Positions 21,318 through 33,227 of a stretch of 64,000 bases of DNA are shown here, piece by piece (position 1 is the first letter of the stretch; each line of letters starts with the position of its first letter). Source of the DNA: Dictyostelium discoideum (lineage: Eukaryota); assembly GCA_000004695.1 (NCBI GenBank), contig CM000151.3:4768001-4832000 (forward strand), given 5' to 3'. The notes beneath the pieces were generated by a model. It did no database searches. It was not told the origin of the DNA and saw only the letters and a program-made list of their open reading frames with translations. The translations under genes were made by a program, and so were the position numbers.

Positions 21318-22330
21318 TTAATTTTTAAAATTTGTTTTTTCAATAATTAAATAAAGTTGAGATAATTGATCAAGATCTGTGATATGAATACAATGTTGAG
21401 ATCTATAATCTACATATTTATTTCTTTGAAGATGTTTCAAAGTGTAATAGTAAACCATCTGGAGTGATTTCGCAAGATTTAATATTTCAAAAGTAGAAGA
21501 CCATCTGAATGAGTAGTTATTCCTTATTTGTTTGTTTAACAAGGACAATACGAAGATTTGTTATTAAGGTGATATAATTCTTTACACTACCACCACCACC
21601 ACCATTATTGAAATAAATGATATAGAGATGGGAATTTTTGAATCTACCCTTGAAAGTTGTTTCCAAAATGTAGTGACCCTCTGATTGTTCGTGGAAATTA
21701 TATTCAACCAAAAGATTATCAGTGCCAAATAAACGTGGTGGTTCCGATAAGAATGGATTCTCCAATACAATGCATTCAAACATAATGGCGTTCTATCTAA
21801 ACCAATTAGGTCAATTAATGATACACCAATTCTTGGTAATGATAATTGTAAATCCAATTTACAATTTTCAACACAGTTTGTGATAAATATGATGATGAAT
21901 CATCCTTTGGTTGATCATAATTATTATTATTACTATTATCATAAGATAATAGTAATACACATATTGGTCCATCAACTTTCATAAATGAATGCAATTTGTA
22001 TTGATGCCTATTTTAATTGGTTTAAAATTCTTACAACCCAATATTACACAATTGATGAAGAGTATGATGATTCAAATGTTGAATGATTTTCAATATATAG
22101 ATTATTATTATTATCATTATTTATATCATTATTTGAATTTGTTGTTGTTGATGATGATTATGATTACTATGATTGGAGTGGTAGTAATCATAATCATAAT
22201 CATCATCATAATCATCATCATCATCATCATCATCAAATTTAATTTGAATTAATTTTTCACCATGTCTATTTGGCCAATGGAATGGTTTTGATTCACCTGG
22301 TTCAATTGATTTACAATCTTTGTACGTTGT
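21318..22330 (-). pseudogene. Fragmented minus-strand coding locus of unknown function. It has several frame changes, at least one plausible 70-nt intron (21795..21864, GTAAAT...TTTAGATAG), and no identifiable start codon. It is either a multi-micro-intron gene whose first exon I cannot find, or a decayed pseudogene
   Basis: Coding-like, non-low-complexity segments lie in three different frames: '...DCKSIEPGESKPFHWPNRHGEKLIQIKFDDDDDDDDYDDDYDYDYYHSNHSNH', 'HQYKLHSFMKVDGPICVLLLSYDNSNNNNYDQPKDDSSSYLSQTVLKI', 'NAIMFECIVLENPFLSEPPRLFGTDNLLVEYNFHEQSEGHYILETTFKGRFKNSHLYIIYFNNGGGGGSVK' and 'LLNKQIRNNYSFRWSSTFEILNLAKSLQMVYYYTLKHLQRNKYVDYRSQHCIHITDLDQLSQLYLIIEKTNFKN*'. No ATG occurs on the minus strand between 22321 and 22560. 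Confidence 0.35.
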
Positions 22331-22572
22331 AATTTATTTTTACCCAGTATTCTAATCGATGCTCTAAAATTATATCTCTATTATCACTATTTGATTTTAA
22401 TTGTTACTTAAATTCTGGAAATTATTATTATTTATTTGAACAATTGTTAAATTATTTCCTTGATATATAAAAATTTTGATTAAATCCAAGAATTAAAAAT
22501 AAATATAAAAAAAAGATAATTCTTGATTTATATTTTTTTTTTTTTTTTATTTCTTTTTTATTTATTTATTTA

Positions 22573-24748
22573 TTATTTTTTAATTTTAAAATTATCAAAT
22601 GGAGCTAATTCATAATTTGCAATTGATTCAACTAACCATTCAGTTTTAACCATTGGAGCAGTAACTTTTTTAACTTCATAAGATTTAGTTGATTCTTCAG
22701 CAATACAAATTGAAGCCAATTCAATTGATTTACAAATTTTACCACCTAAATTTCTAATTAATTCTTCTTTTGATTTTCTATTAATACCACTTGGATCAGC
22801 TTTACCGGCCAAAAAGAATGTTTTACCAGAGAATAAAGGTTCATCACCATTCTGTTGTGATAAACGAGCCATGTTTGGACCTGGATGTTCATCAACTTCG
22901 TGATCTTCTTCGTTGTCAATGATTTGTTGTTGTTTAAAGGATTCCTCTAACCAAGAACGTTTTAAGACCCAAACTCCTTTTGAAACACCCAAAAGGAATT
23001 TAAGTGTTCTATTCTTTGAATCATTCATAATGACATGAGTACATTCTTTAGGATCATCTGAAACGGTTAACCCAATTACTCCCATCGACTCTATAATTGA
23101 ACTACGTTCACTATCATTAAAACCTGATAATAAAACCAATTTCAAATTATCTAAATCCTCTTCCTCTACCTCTGAGAAACTTTCATCATCTGATTCTTCT
23201 TGATGTTTTTTACTACCTCCTTTTTTCTTTTTACCTTTTGATGATTTCTCATCCTCTACTTCACTATCATCACTATCATTTTCATCCTGTTTGGTTCTTT
23301 TTGGCGTTTTTTTACCAGATCTGGTTGTATCACTTTTTGGTGATTTCTCTGCTTTTTTGGTTTTCTTTTTTGGTGATTCTTTTTCTTCATCTTCTTCCTC
23401 TTTTTCTTTTGGTTTTGGTTCAACTGATTTTCTTTTTGATGGTGTTGTATTTTTAGTTGGTGTTTTCTTTTTTGATGGTGATGTTTCTTCCTCATCATCA
23501 TCTTCTACTATTTTAGAAGTTTTCTTTACTGGTGTTTTCTTTTTTGATGATTGTTCTTCCTCATCATTATCTTCTTCTTCTTCTTCTTCTTCTTCTTTTG
23601 ATGTTTTCTTTACTGGTGTTTTCTTTTTTGATGATGATAATTTTGTTTCTTCCTCTTTATCATCTTTTGATATTTTCTTTACTGGTATTTTCTTTGTTGA
23701 TGTTTTCTTTTCTTCCTCTATTTCTTTTTTATTTGGTGTTTTTTTTGAAGTTGATGATTTAATTTCTTTATTTGGTGTCACTGCTGTTGGTACTTTAAAT
23801 GAGGATTTCTTTACTTTAGTGGTTTTCTCAACCTTTTCTTCCTTTTCTTCCTCTTCATCATCTTTTAATTTTTTATTTGATTTTTTAGTGGCAGCTGGTG
23901 GTTTCTTTTTTGTTTCTTTTTCTGTTGATTTCTTTGGTGTTTCATCTTCTTCCTCTTCCTCTTCCTCTTCTTTCTTTTTAGATGATTTTGAATCTTTTTT
24001 AGGAGTTGATTTCTTCTTTGGTTTTTTCTCTTCCTCATCTTCTTCCTCCTCCTCCTCCTCCTCCTCTTCCTCTTTATCTTTTTTTGATTTTGATTTTGAT
24101 GATGGTGCTTTCTTTGGTTTAGAAGCAGTTGGTTCAGATGGAGTTGACTCTTCATTATTGTTCTCCTCTTCTTCTTCCTCTTGATCTTTTTTCTTTTTAG
24201 TACTCTTTTTATCTGGTTTTTCAATTGGTGTAACTTTCTTTGATGGAGTTATATTTTTTTTGAATTTTTTTTGATCAGCTGACTCTTTATCATCATTATC
24301 ACTTTTAGCTGCATCATCAACTTTAATTTCTTCCTTTTTAGCTCTACTTTGTTTAGTTGGTGGTGGTGGTTTAGTTTTTTTAACAGGTGTTGCTGGTTTT
24401 AAATCTTCCTCTTCTTCTTCTTCCTCCTCTTCTTCAACTTGCTCTTTTGTTTCATTACCTTTGTAAGGTACTAAATCTTTACCATCTATTTTAAAAAAGA
24501 TATAATATATAAATAAGGATAAATTTATTACTTATATAAAAAAAATTTAACTTTTTTAAAAAAAACTTACTCTTTTTTTGAGATGACTCAGATTGTGATT
24601 TTTGAGATGATTTAGACTGTGAAGATTTAGATTGTGATGATTTTGTTTGTGAAGGTGATTTATTTATTGTTTGGTCAACTAATGGAGAAATAACAAGAGC
24701 AGTTGTTGTGACATCTGATGTTATTTTAGAAGATTCTATTTCTGTTGC

Positions 24749-24779
<31 letters not shown>

Positions 24780-24841
24780 GTAGTTGTTGTTGTTGTTACT
24801 TGGATAGGTAATACCTCTGACGAAAAAAATGTATCTTCCAT
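22573..24841 (-). CDS. Tandem-BRCT-domain nuclear protein with a long Lys/Glu/Ser-rich repetitive linker, ~727 aa. Model: complement(join(22573..24485,24571..24841)) with a phase-1 intron (donor A|GTAAGT, acceptor AAAATAG|AT)
   Basis: The C-terminus has two BRCT repeats: 'LKLVLLSGFNDSERSSIIESMGVIGLTVSDDPKECTHVIMNDSKNRTLKFLLGVSKGVWVLKRSWLEESFKQQQII' and 'EPLFSGKTFFLAGKADPSGINRKSKEELIRNLGGKICKSIELASICIAEESTKSYEVKKVTAPMVKTEWLVESIANYELAPFDNF'. Upstream there is ~450 aa of acidic/basic repeats including three 'SKKKTPVKKTSK' units. Exon 1 (MEDTFFSSEVLPIQVTTTTT...SQSKSSQKSQSESSQKK) is S/T/Q-rich. Confidence 0.7.
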
Positions 24842-24846
24842 TTTAT

Positions 24847-24882
<36 letters not shown>

Positions 24883-24889
24883 TTTAATT

Positions 24890-24921
<32 letters not shown>

Positions 24922-25180
24922 ATTTAGTTTTTTTTTATTCACAAGAGATTCTTCAATGTAGGTTGAAATGTGTATAAAAAAAAAAATATTAAAATAAAAA
25001 AAAAAAAATGAAACATGAATGAATTGTTGTAAAAAATAAAAAATAAAAAATAAAAAAAAAAAAATTTAAAAAAAACAAATTAATTTTCCTCGAAATTATC
25101 ACTTTCGTGAAAATGGAAAGATTTTTTCATTTTTATTTTTATTTTTATTTTTCAAAATAATCCAGATTACCAAGAATCTT

Positions 25181-25213
25181 TTAATTTGTGGTGGTGGTTG
25201 AAGTAGTTGTAGT

Positions 25214-25264
<51 letters not shown>

Positions 25265-26748
25265 TATTGGATCATTATAAATTGATAAAATCTTACTATT
25301 ATTTTCAGTATTTTCATTATCTAAAGGTTTCATAAATTTACCTCTAACCCAAACTCTATACATTGAAATCATTCTTTTTCTATTTCTTAATTCTCTTGTA
25401 TCATATTTTGAAACCAAAGTTTTAAAACCAGCAGCTTCAAATATTTCACTTAATACTTGAGTTGTAAAGAAATAAGTTCTAGTGCCATCTGCACGTAAAT
25501 AAAAGTTTTCATCAATCTTTTTACCTTTTTTTGAAATGAATCTTAATTGTGTCATATCATATAACCCATAATCTCTAATATATAATACACCACCTGGTTT
25601 TAATGACTAAAAAAATAAATAATAATAATAATAATAATTAGTAAATATTTATTAATGAGATTAATAAATAATTGTATAATTTAATATATATATATATATA
25701 TATATATTTACTTTAAATAATGAATTTGCAACAGCATGCATTTTATCTCTAGAGATTGCAGATAAAACGAAAATCATTAACATCATATCTATTGAATTAT
25801 CTTTAACTATTGAAGTTGGAATTTGTTCAGTTGCAATATCACAAACGAATGCATTTAATTTGGCTTCATTGTAGAGTGAATTTGATTTAACTAAATTGAC
25901 AGCATGTGGTGAGAAATCGAAAACATAGAAATACTTTTCAGGATTTAATTTTAATAATGGATAAACAGTTGCACCTGTACCACAACCAATCTCCAACACT
26001 GTTAATTTCTTACTCTCATCATTTGTTAACTCTTGAATATCTTTAACCCATCGATTTTTCAATTCTTTAATATCAACATTTTTAGATAATAAATTTGCCA
26101 TCTTTTTCTCTCTTTCTTTTTCTTGTTTTTCTAAATCATCTTTATCTTGATATAAATTATCACTACCACCACCACCACCACCATTCTCTGCACCTTCAGC
26201 AGCAGCATCATCATCTTCAAAAAATATAAAAGTTTCATCTCTTGTAATTTTTAATGGATTTAATTCTGGAAATTCTAAATGTAAATAAGTTCTATCTTTA
26301 AAGAATTTATTTTGATTCTTTTTATAAAATTTATCCCAATAATCCATTGCATTATCTTCATGATGAATTTTATCCTCTTCACCAATTATATCTGTTTCTT
26401 TTTCTGTAATTGATTTTGCAATCTTTTAAATTTTATAATAAAAATAATTAATATTGTTATTGTTATTGTTATTGTTATTGTTATTGTTATTGTTATTGTT
26501 ATTGTTATTGTTGTTGTTGTTTTTTTTATTATTTTAAAAAAGTAAATAATTAAGTTAAAGTTGGCACATACAGATTCTCTAACACTATCCCAATCGACAT
26601 CAGCCCAAGATGTTTCAGTTTGAATTTCTTCAACAACTTGTTTCTCTTTATCTTCACAAAATTTATAATTTACATCTGTCCATGATCTCTTTGAACCAAC
26701 TGTTGGTTCATCATTGGTGATATCACCATTTGAGGTTTTATTATTCAT
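25181..26748 (-). CDS. METTL2/METTL6-family SAM-dependent methyltransferase (tRNA N3-methylcytidine type), ~437 aa. Model: complement(join(25181..25606,25712..26422,26572..26748))
   Basis: The family-specific N-terminal motif is 'MDYWDKFYKKNQNKFFKDRTYLHLEFPEL'. SAM motif I is 'LTVLEIGCGTGATVYPLL'. Motif post-I is 'YVFDFSPHAV'. The C-terminus reads 'LKPGGVLYIRDYGLYDMTQLRFISKKGKKIDENFYLRADGTRTYFFT'. Both introns are phase 0 (GTATGT...TAAAAG and GTAAAT...TTTTTAG) and all exon lengths are multiples of 3. Confidence 0.8.
26454..26513. repeat. (TTGTTA)n hexanucleotide microsatellite, ~10 units, inside intron 1 of the methyltransferase gene
   Basis: Visible as ttgttattgttattgttattg... in the sequence. 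Confidence 0.85.
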
Positions 26749-26801
26749 TTTTTAAAATTAAAAAAATAATAAAAAAAATAAAAAACCTAAAGTGAAAAAT
26801 G

Positions 26802-26854
<53 letters not shown>

Positions 26855-27237
26855 AAAAACGAAAAAAAAAAAAATAAAAAAAAAAATAATTATAATAAAA
26901 TAAAAATTAAAATTTAATTTTAAAACCTTTTTTGTTATAATTAATTGAATTCTAAAATCAATAATTTTGGAAAAAAAAAAAAAAAAAAAAAAACAAAATA
27001 AATAATAAGAAGGCAATAAATTGATTTACATAATGAAAATTATTGTTTAATAATTTGGAAATTAATTAAAAAATAAATAAATAAATAAAAATAAAATGAA
27101 TTAAAACTTTTAAAAAAAAAAAATTTAGATATTTTGGAAAATCTAAACATTGAGTAAATTAAATTTCTATTTATAATTATAACCCAACACAAAAATTGGT
27201 AAATTTTATTATAATTAAAATTTGGTGTATATTAATT

Positions 27238-27277
<40 letters not shown>

Positions 27278-28021
27278 CTCAAAAAAAATAAAAAAAAAAA
27301 TTTAACTTTTTTGAAAAAAAAAAAAATAAAAAATAAAAAATAAAAAAAAAATAAAAAAATAACCTTCCTTAAATAGCCGATTAATGAAATGTGTCAAAAA
27401 AAAAAAAAATAGAAACAAACTGATTTTTTTCGTCATACCTTTTTATAAGCGACAACATGTGTTTTTATTTTTTTTTTTTTTATTTTTTTTTTTATTAAGT
27501 AATTATGAGTTTCTCGAATTTAATTAAATTTTAACAACACCGGGTGTAAAAAAAAAAAAAACAAAACAAAACATTTGTCACTTAATAAAAAAAATTAAAA
27601 AAAAATTATTTTTCACCAAACTTTGTGAAAGGAAATTGGTGCAGGTCAACGTAGTGGAAAAAAAAAAAAAAAAGTAAATCTTTCCCCAAAAAATTATTAT
27701 AATAAAGATCACCACTACCTCATATTTTTAACTCATTATCTAAACGCATTTATTTTATTTTTTTTTATTTATTTATTATTTTTTTTTCTAAAAAAATAAA
27801 AAATAAAAAAAAATAAAAATAAAAAATAAAAAATAAAAAAATATATACCCCCCATCAAAAAAAATAAATAAATAAATAAATAAAAAAATAAATAAAAGAA
27901 AAAAAAAAATAAATACACCCCCATTATCAAAAAAAAAAAAAATAAAAATAAAAAATAAAAAAAAAAAAATTAATATTTAATAAAACTACTTTCAAAAAAA
28001 TTATATATAAATAATAACAAA

Positions 28022-28066
<45 letters not shown>

Positions 28067-28096
28067 AATTAATAATCATAAAAATTAATTAAAAAA

Positions 28097-28408
28097 ATGA
28101 TTTTAATCTATAAAAATGATTTTAATATAATTAATTTTAAAAAACCGACTCAATTATTTAATAAAATTATATTTTTATTAATTTTAATTATTTCATTAAT
28201 TATACCAATTAATCAGTGTCAAAGTATAAATACAAATATAAATACAAATAATAAAGAAAATAGACCAAAATTAAAATTTAATAAAAATGGTAAATTCAAA
28301 ATTGTTCAATTTACAGATCTCCATTATGGAGAAGCTCAAGAATATGATATTTTAAATTTAATTGTACAAGGTAAATTATAAAATTAATTAATTAATTATA
28401 CCATATGA

Positions 28409-28439
<31 letters not shown>

Positions 28440-29482
28440 TATTTATTTTTTATTTTTTATTTTTTATTTTTTTAGAAAATGTAATTGAAAAAGAATTACC
28501 AGATTTTGTAATGCTATCAGGTGATATGTTTAGTGCATATAATATAATGACAAGTGAAGAGTATTTAGTATTATGGGAAATGGTGACAAGGTCAATGAGA
28601 AAGAGAAATATACCATGGGCAATTACATTTGGTAATCATGATTGTGAAGGACCATTAGGTGGTAGGGAAATCGTTAAAATGGATCAATCATATAGTAACT
28701 TATCTTTAACACAGGAGAATATCGATCCCACTATACCAGGTATTACAAACTATAATTTAAAAATTTATTCAAGTGATGACACAAGTTCATCAATTTCATC
28801 GTCAATATTCATATTTGACAGTGACTTGCCACAATGCAATGAAAGTGGTTCGTGGGGGTGTGTAGATGCGAAGCAGGTGGAATGGTATGAAAAAGAGTCA
28901 GACCAAATGGGTGGTGGTGGTGGTGGTAATATATCAAGTATAGCATTTGTACATATACCACCAGTTGAGGTGATTGATTTATGGAATGAGAATGTGGTCA
29001 AGGGTGATTTCGGGGATAAGGAATCCTGTTGTTATTATACAGATGAATCTGAATTTGTTTCAACTATGGTCAGACGTGGTGATATTAAAGGCTTGTATTT
29101 CGGCCACGATCATAAAAATGATTTTCATGGGGTATATCAAAACTCTGTTGAATTGGGGTATGGTAGAAAATCTGGATACGGTTCATATAATCCAAAATAT
29201 TTAGAAGGTGCTAGAATCATTGAATTGACTGAACAACCTTTTTCAATTAAAACTTGGATTAGAAATGTAAATGGAGAATTGGAAACACAACAAACTCATT
29301 ATCCAAATCCGTATAGTCAATCACCACGTTATTGTTGCACTCATGAAGATCACCAAAATGAATCATCTTGGACATTATTCTTAATTGGTTATTGCTCAAC
29401 TGTTATTATTGTTTCAATTATATTTTATATTAAACGTTCAAAATCAAATCAAAATCAATCATATAATCTTATTCAATTATAA
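28097..29482 (+). CDS. Calcineurin-like metallophosphoesterase (DCR2/CPPED-type) with an N-terminal signal/anchor and a C-terminal TM helix, ~426 aa. Model: join(28097..28370,28476..29482) with a phase-1 intron (G|GTAAAT...TTTTTAG)
   Basis: Motifs present: 'KFKIVQFTDLHYGE' (DxH), 'DFVMLSGDMF' (GD), 'ITFGNHDCEG' (GNH[DE]), 'GHDHKNDF' (GHxH). A hydrophobic C-terminal segment 'WTLFLIGYCSTVIIVSIIFYI' is present. Confidence 0.8.
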
Positions 29483-29967
29483 AAAAATATTTGAATAAGA
29501 ACAAAAAAAAAAAAAAAAAAATTTTATTCTAAAAATAAAAATTTTATATTGTAAATAGAAAAATAAATATTCTTTTTTTCTTTATTTTTTATGTGTATTG
29601 TTTTTTTTTTGGGTACTTGTAATACTACAAAAGAAATAAAAAAAAAAAAAAAAAAAAAAATTGATTATTGTAAATAGAATAATAAATTTAAATGTTCTTT
29701 TTTACAATTTAATTTTTTTTATTTTAATTTTTATTGTTTTTTTGGAAAATTTTATTATTTTCCAAAAAAAAAAAAAAATCTTTTTTTTTTTGGGAATCTG
29801 AATTTGGAAAAAAAAAAGATATTTTTATAAAATTTAATTTTAAAATAAAAAAAAAATAAAAAAAAAAAAAAATTTATTCAATTTTTCATACAAAAATTTT
29901 TTTTTACTTTTATTTTTTTTTTTTAAAAGCTCACAGAGGAAAAAAAAAAGAAATAATAAAAGAAAAA

Positions 29968-30469
29968 ATGTTTTTTTATAAAATAATTTATTTTATTGGT
30001 TTTCCATATATTGTATTAAGATTAATAGTATCAATAATTTTACCAATTGCATCACTTTATTTCATTTATTGTAATTTCATTGCACCAAAGTTACGTGAAA
30101 AACCAGAATCATCATATAAAAATAAAGTTGTAATTATTACTGGTGCAAGTTCAGGTATTGGTGCTGAACTTGCTAAAAAATATGCAAGATTAGGTTGTAA
30201 GTAAGTATCATAATTATCATTATTTAAATTTAAACGATAAAAACATATTTATTAATAAAAATAAAAAAATAAAAATAGAGTTACAATTGTAGCAAGAAGA
30301 TTAGACCAATTAGAAAAAGTAAAGTCAAGTTTTTTAAAGGACTATTCAAGAGTTAATGATGATGATATTTTAGTAATTAAAGGTGATTTAACTTTAATTG
30401 ATGATTGCAAGTGAGTATAATTTTCAAAAAATAATTATTTAATTTATTAATGTGTTTGAATTTTATTTT

Positions 30470-30504
<35 letters not shown>

Positions 30505-31094
30505 TTAGAAATATGGTTGAAAAAGTTATTGAAAAATGGTCAAAAATTGATATTTGTGTTTGGAATGCAGGATCAGGATCATTGATTGAATTTAGTAAAC
30601 TTCAAGGTGATATTTCAATTTATAGGGATAATATGGAATTAAATTATTTCTCATTAGTTAATTGTACACATTTAGTTTATAAATATTTAGAGCAATCACA
30701 TGGTAGTATTATTGTAATCTCATCATTGGCTGGTAAATTTGGTACTGCTTTACGTACATCCTATAGTTCAAGTAAACATGCCGTTATGGGATTCTTTAAT
30801 TCACTTAGAAATGAAACTAAAAACATTCAAATTACAATCGTTTGTCCAGGTTTCATTTTAACAGAATTTCATGATAATCTTAAAACTTTAGATGGTAAAC
30901 AAGTCGAGAGAAATAAAGGTAATTTTATGACAGCATCCCAATGTGCAAATGAAATCATTTTAGCTGAACGTCAAGGTATTCGTGAATTAATCCAAACTGC
31001 AAAAGGTAGAGTTGGTAATTATCTTCAAGCAATTTTCCCAGAATTAATTGAATTCTTAACTCATAAATTTGCAAGTTCATCTGTTAAAAAATAA
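29968..31094 (+). CDS. Short-chain dehydrogenase/reductase (classical SDR, DHRS7/11beta-HSD-like) with an N-terminal membrane anchor, ~316 aa. Model: join(29968..30200,30279..30410,30509..31094) with two phase-2 introns (GTAAGT...AAAATAG, GTGAGT...TATTAG)
   Basis: Cofactor motif 'VVIITGASSGIGAELA', 'KIDICVWNAG' (NNAG-type) and catalytic 'YSSSKHAV' (YxxxK) are present. The split codons AA|A and AA|A reconcile across both junctions. Confidence 0.8.
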
Positions 31095-31223
31095 ATATAA
31101 AAATAATAAATAATAATAAATAATAATAAATAATAATAAAGTATAATAAATAATATTGTACATAAAACTTTTATTTTTTTGTTTTTAGTTTTTTTTTTTT
31201 TTTAATACAAAGATTTTAATCTT

Positions 31224-32040
31224 TTAATCTTTAATTTCAACAACATATTCTGGTGAGAATTTACCATAAACACCTTTAGTTTCACCTTCCCATTCTTTTG
31301 GACTATTCTTTTTGAAAACATAAACAAGATCATCTCTAATTAAAGTTAATGTAGCATTATTAGTAGGAATACAATCTTTAATGACACGACAAGTTGCTAA
31401 AATTGGATTTGAATCAAATGCATCTTCATCATCCCAATCATCATCATCATCATTTTTTGGTTTTGGTGTTGGAGTTGGTGCTGCTGGTCTTGAAACTGGT
31501 GTTGGTTTTGATACTGGTGTTGGTGCTGGTGCTCCTGCACTAGTTGATGTTAATGGTCTTGGTGCTGGTTTTGGTACACCAGTAGTTGTAGGTACTGGAG
31601 TAGTTGTAGTTCCTGCTGCTATTAAAATATTAAAATTAAAATTTATTTATTTGATTAGTTTAAATTTTTTTTTTTTTAAAAAAAAAAAGAAACAACATAC
31701 GTTTTAATGGAGCACCTGCTGGTTTTAATGGTGATGGAGTTGGAGCACCTGCTGGTTTTAATGGTGATGAAGTTGGTGCACCTGCTGGTTTTAATGGTGA
31801 TGGGGTTGGTGCACCTGCTGGTTTCAATGGTGATGAAGTTGGTGGTGCACCTGCTGGTTTCAATGGTGAACCTGCTGGTTTTAATGGTGATGAAGTTGGT
31901 GGTGCTGCACCTGTTGGTGGAGCTGGTGTTGGTCTAGCTGCAACTGGTGGTGGTGTAGTAGTGGTACCAACTTTAGCGCCAAATGGTGATGGTTTTAATG
32001 GTGCTGGTGCTGGTTTTGCTAATGGTTTTCCAAAACTCAT
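31224..32040 (-). CDS. Proline-rich protein with a C-terminal SH3 domain, ~244 aa. Model: complement(join(31224..31618,31701..32040)) with a phase-1 intron (C|GTATGT...TTAATAG)
   Basis: Exon 1 encodes MSFGKPLAKPAPAPLKPSPFGAKVGTTTTPPPVAARPTPAPP...(SPLKPAGAP)n. Exon 2 ends with an acidic patch and 'ATCRVIKDCIPTNNATLTLIRDDLVYVFKKNSPKEWEGETKGVYGKFSPEYVVEIKD', which fits the SH3 fold pattern (ALYDY...GD.I.V....WW.G...G..G.FP..YV). The opposite-strand ORF 31381..31707 (Gly/Val-rich) is its antisense reading. Confidence 0.6.
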
Positions 32041-32166
32041 TTTATATGTATATGTAAGTGTATATTTAAAAATTGAATAAAAATAAAAAAATAAAAAACA
32101 ATAAAAAACAATAAACAGATATGAAAAATAATCCAACGAAAAAAAAAAAAAAAATAATCAAGTGAT

Positions 32167-32213
<47 letters not shown>

Positions 32214-32485
32214 ATAAAAAAAACAAAAATATCTTAAAAAAAAATGGTTTAAAATTGGGTTGGAATCATATTATAAGAAAATTATTTTAGTTTAAATAAT
32301 AAAATTTTTTTTTTTTTTTTTTTAAAAAAAATTATTTATTTTTAATTTTTTATTTTTATAATTATTTATTTTTAATTAAATTAACAATAACTGACTTATT
32401 TTGGCTTACACAAATTTTTATTTTTTATTTTTTTATTTTCCATAAATAACTATTATTATTATTATTATTATAATTATTATAATTA

Positions 32486-33171
32486 TTATTTTTCTTCAAA
32501 ATTATTTTTATTATTATCATTATTTTCAATTAAAATTAAAGATTCTAAAACTGATTTTGAAGATCTTTTTAAAGGATAAAAATAATCAAACATGTTACCT
32601 TCATAACGAAACTCTCTACCGATTGGACAAGCATCTCTAATTTTTAATCTAGTTTCAAGGTTGATCCAACCTTCATCTATTGCAATTTGAGTGAAACGTT
32701 TCATTTCGTCTTTTTCAAATTGAGTTAATAAATTAGTTGGTGGTAAATTTGGAGAGTCACCTTGGTAGTTGATTTTGATGATAATACAACTTCTAAATAC
32801 AAACCATAGACCATAGGTAGGGTGAATACTCCACATTACATCTTTATCATAAGAGGCGACACCTGCGAAATGACCACATGTTTGAATGTGTACGTATTTA
32901 CCACTAGATGGTGAATTGAAATCATAACGAATTTCAAATTCATAAGGTTTAATAAATTGGTTATTTTCAACTACTCCTTCAATCGTATCAATTACAAAAC
33001 AATTCATTGGATCTTTTGGAACATTATTAATTCTCTTTATGTATTGTTCAAAATGTGGCCAAAAATTCTTTGTACATCCAATAATTATACCTGTTGAATC
33101 TTCAATTCCAAAATTATTTAATTTATGAATTGCTGCACCATTATAATCATTTACCTTTTTATTATTATTAT

Positions 33172-33227
<56 letters not shown>

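Noticed and set aside
23291-24184. 297-aa plus-strand ORF (S/F/V/G-rich), the 119-aa minus ORF 23865..24224 (K/R-rich), and small ORFs 23238..23456, 23256..23501 and 23532..23762
   Set aside because: They are antisense or off-frame translations of the BRCT gene's Lys/Glu/Ser-rich repetitive linker. The in-frame reading that leads into the BRCT domains is the coherent one.
30278-30410. An apparent in-frame stop in SDR exon 2 (TAG at ~30289)
   Set aside because: It was an artefact of my first reading of the line break (one extra T). On re-reading 30279..30410 the frame is open and the phases (2/2) reconcile, so no anomaly is claimed.
31381-31707. 108-aa plus-strand Gly/Val/Ala-rich ORF
   Set aside because: It is the antisense of the (SPLKPAGAP)n proline-rich exon of the SH3 gene. 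It has no homology-like features and runs into the poly(T) intergenic region.
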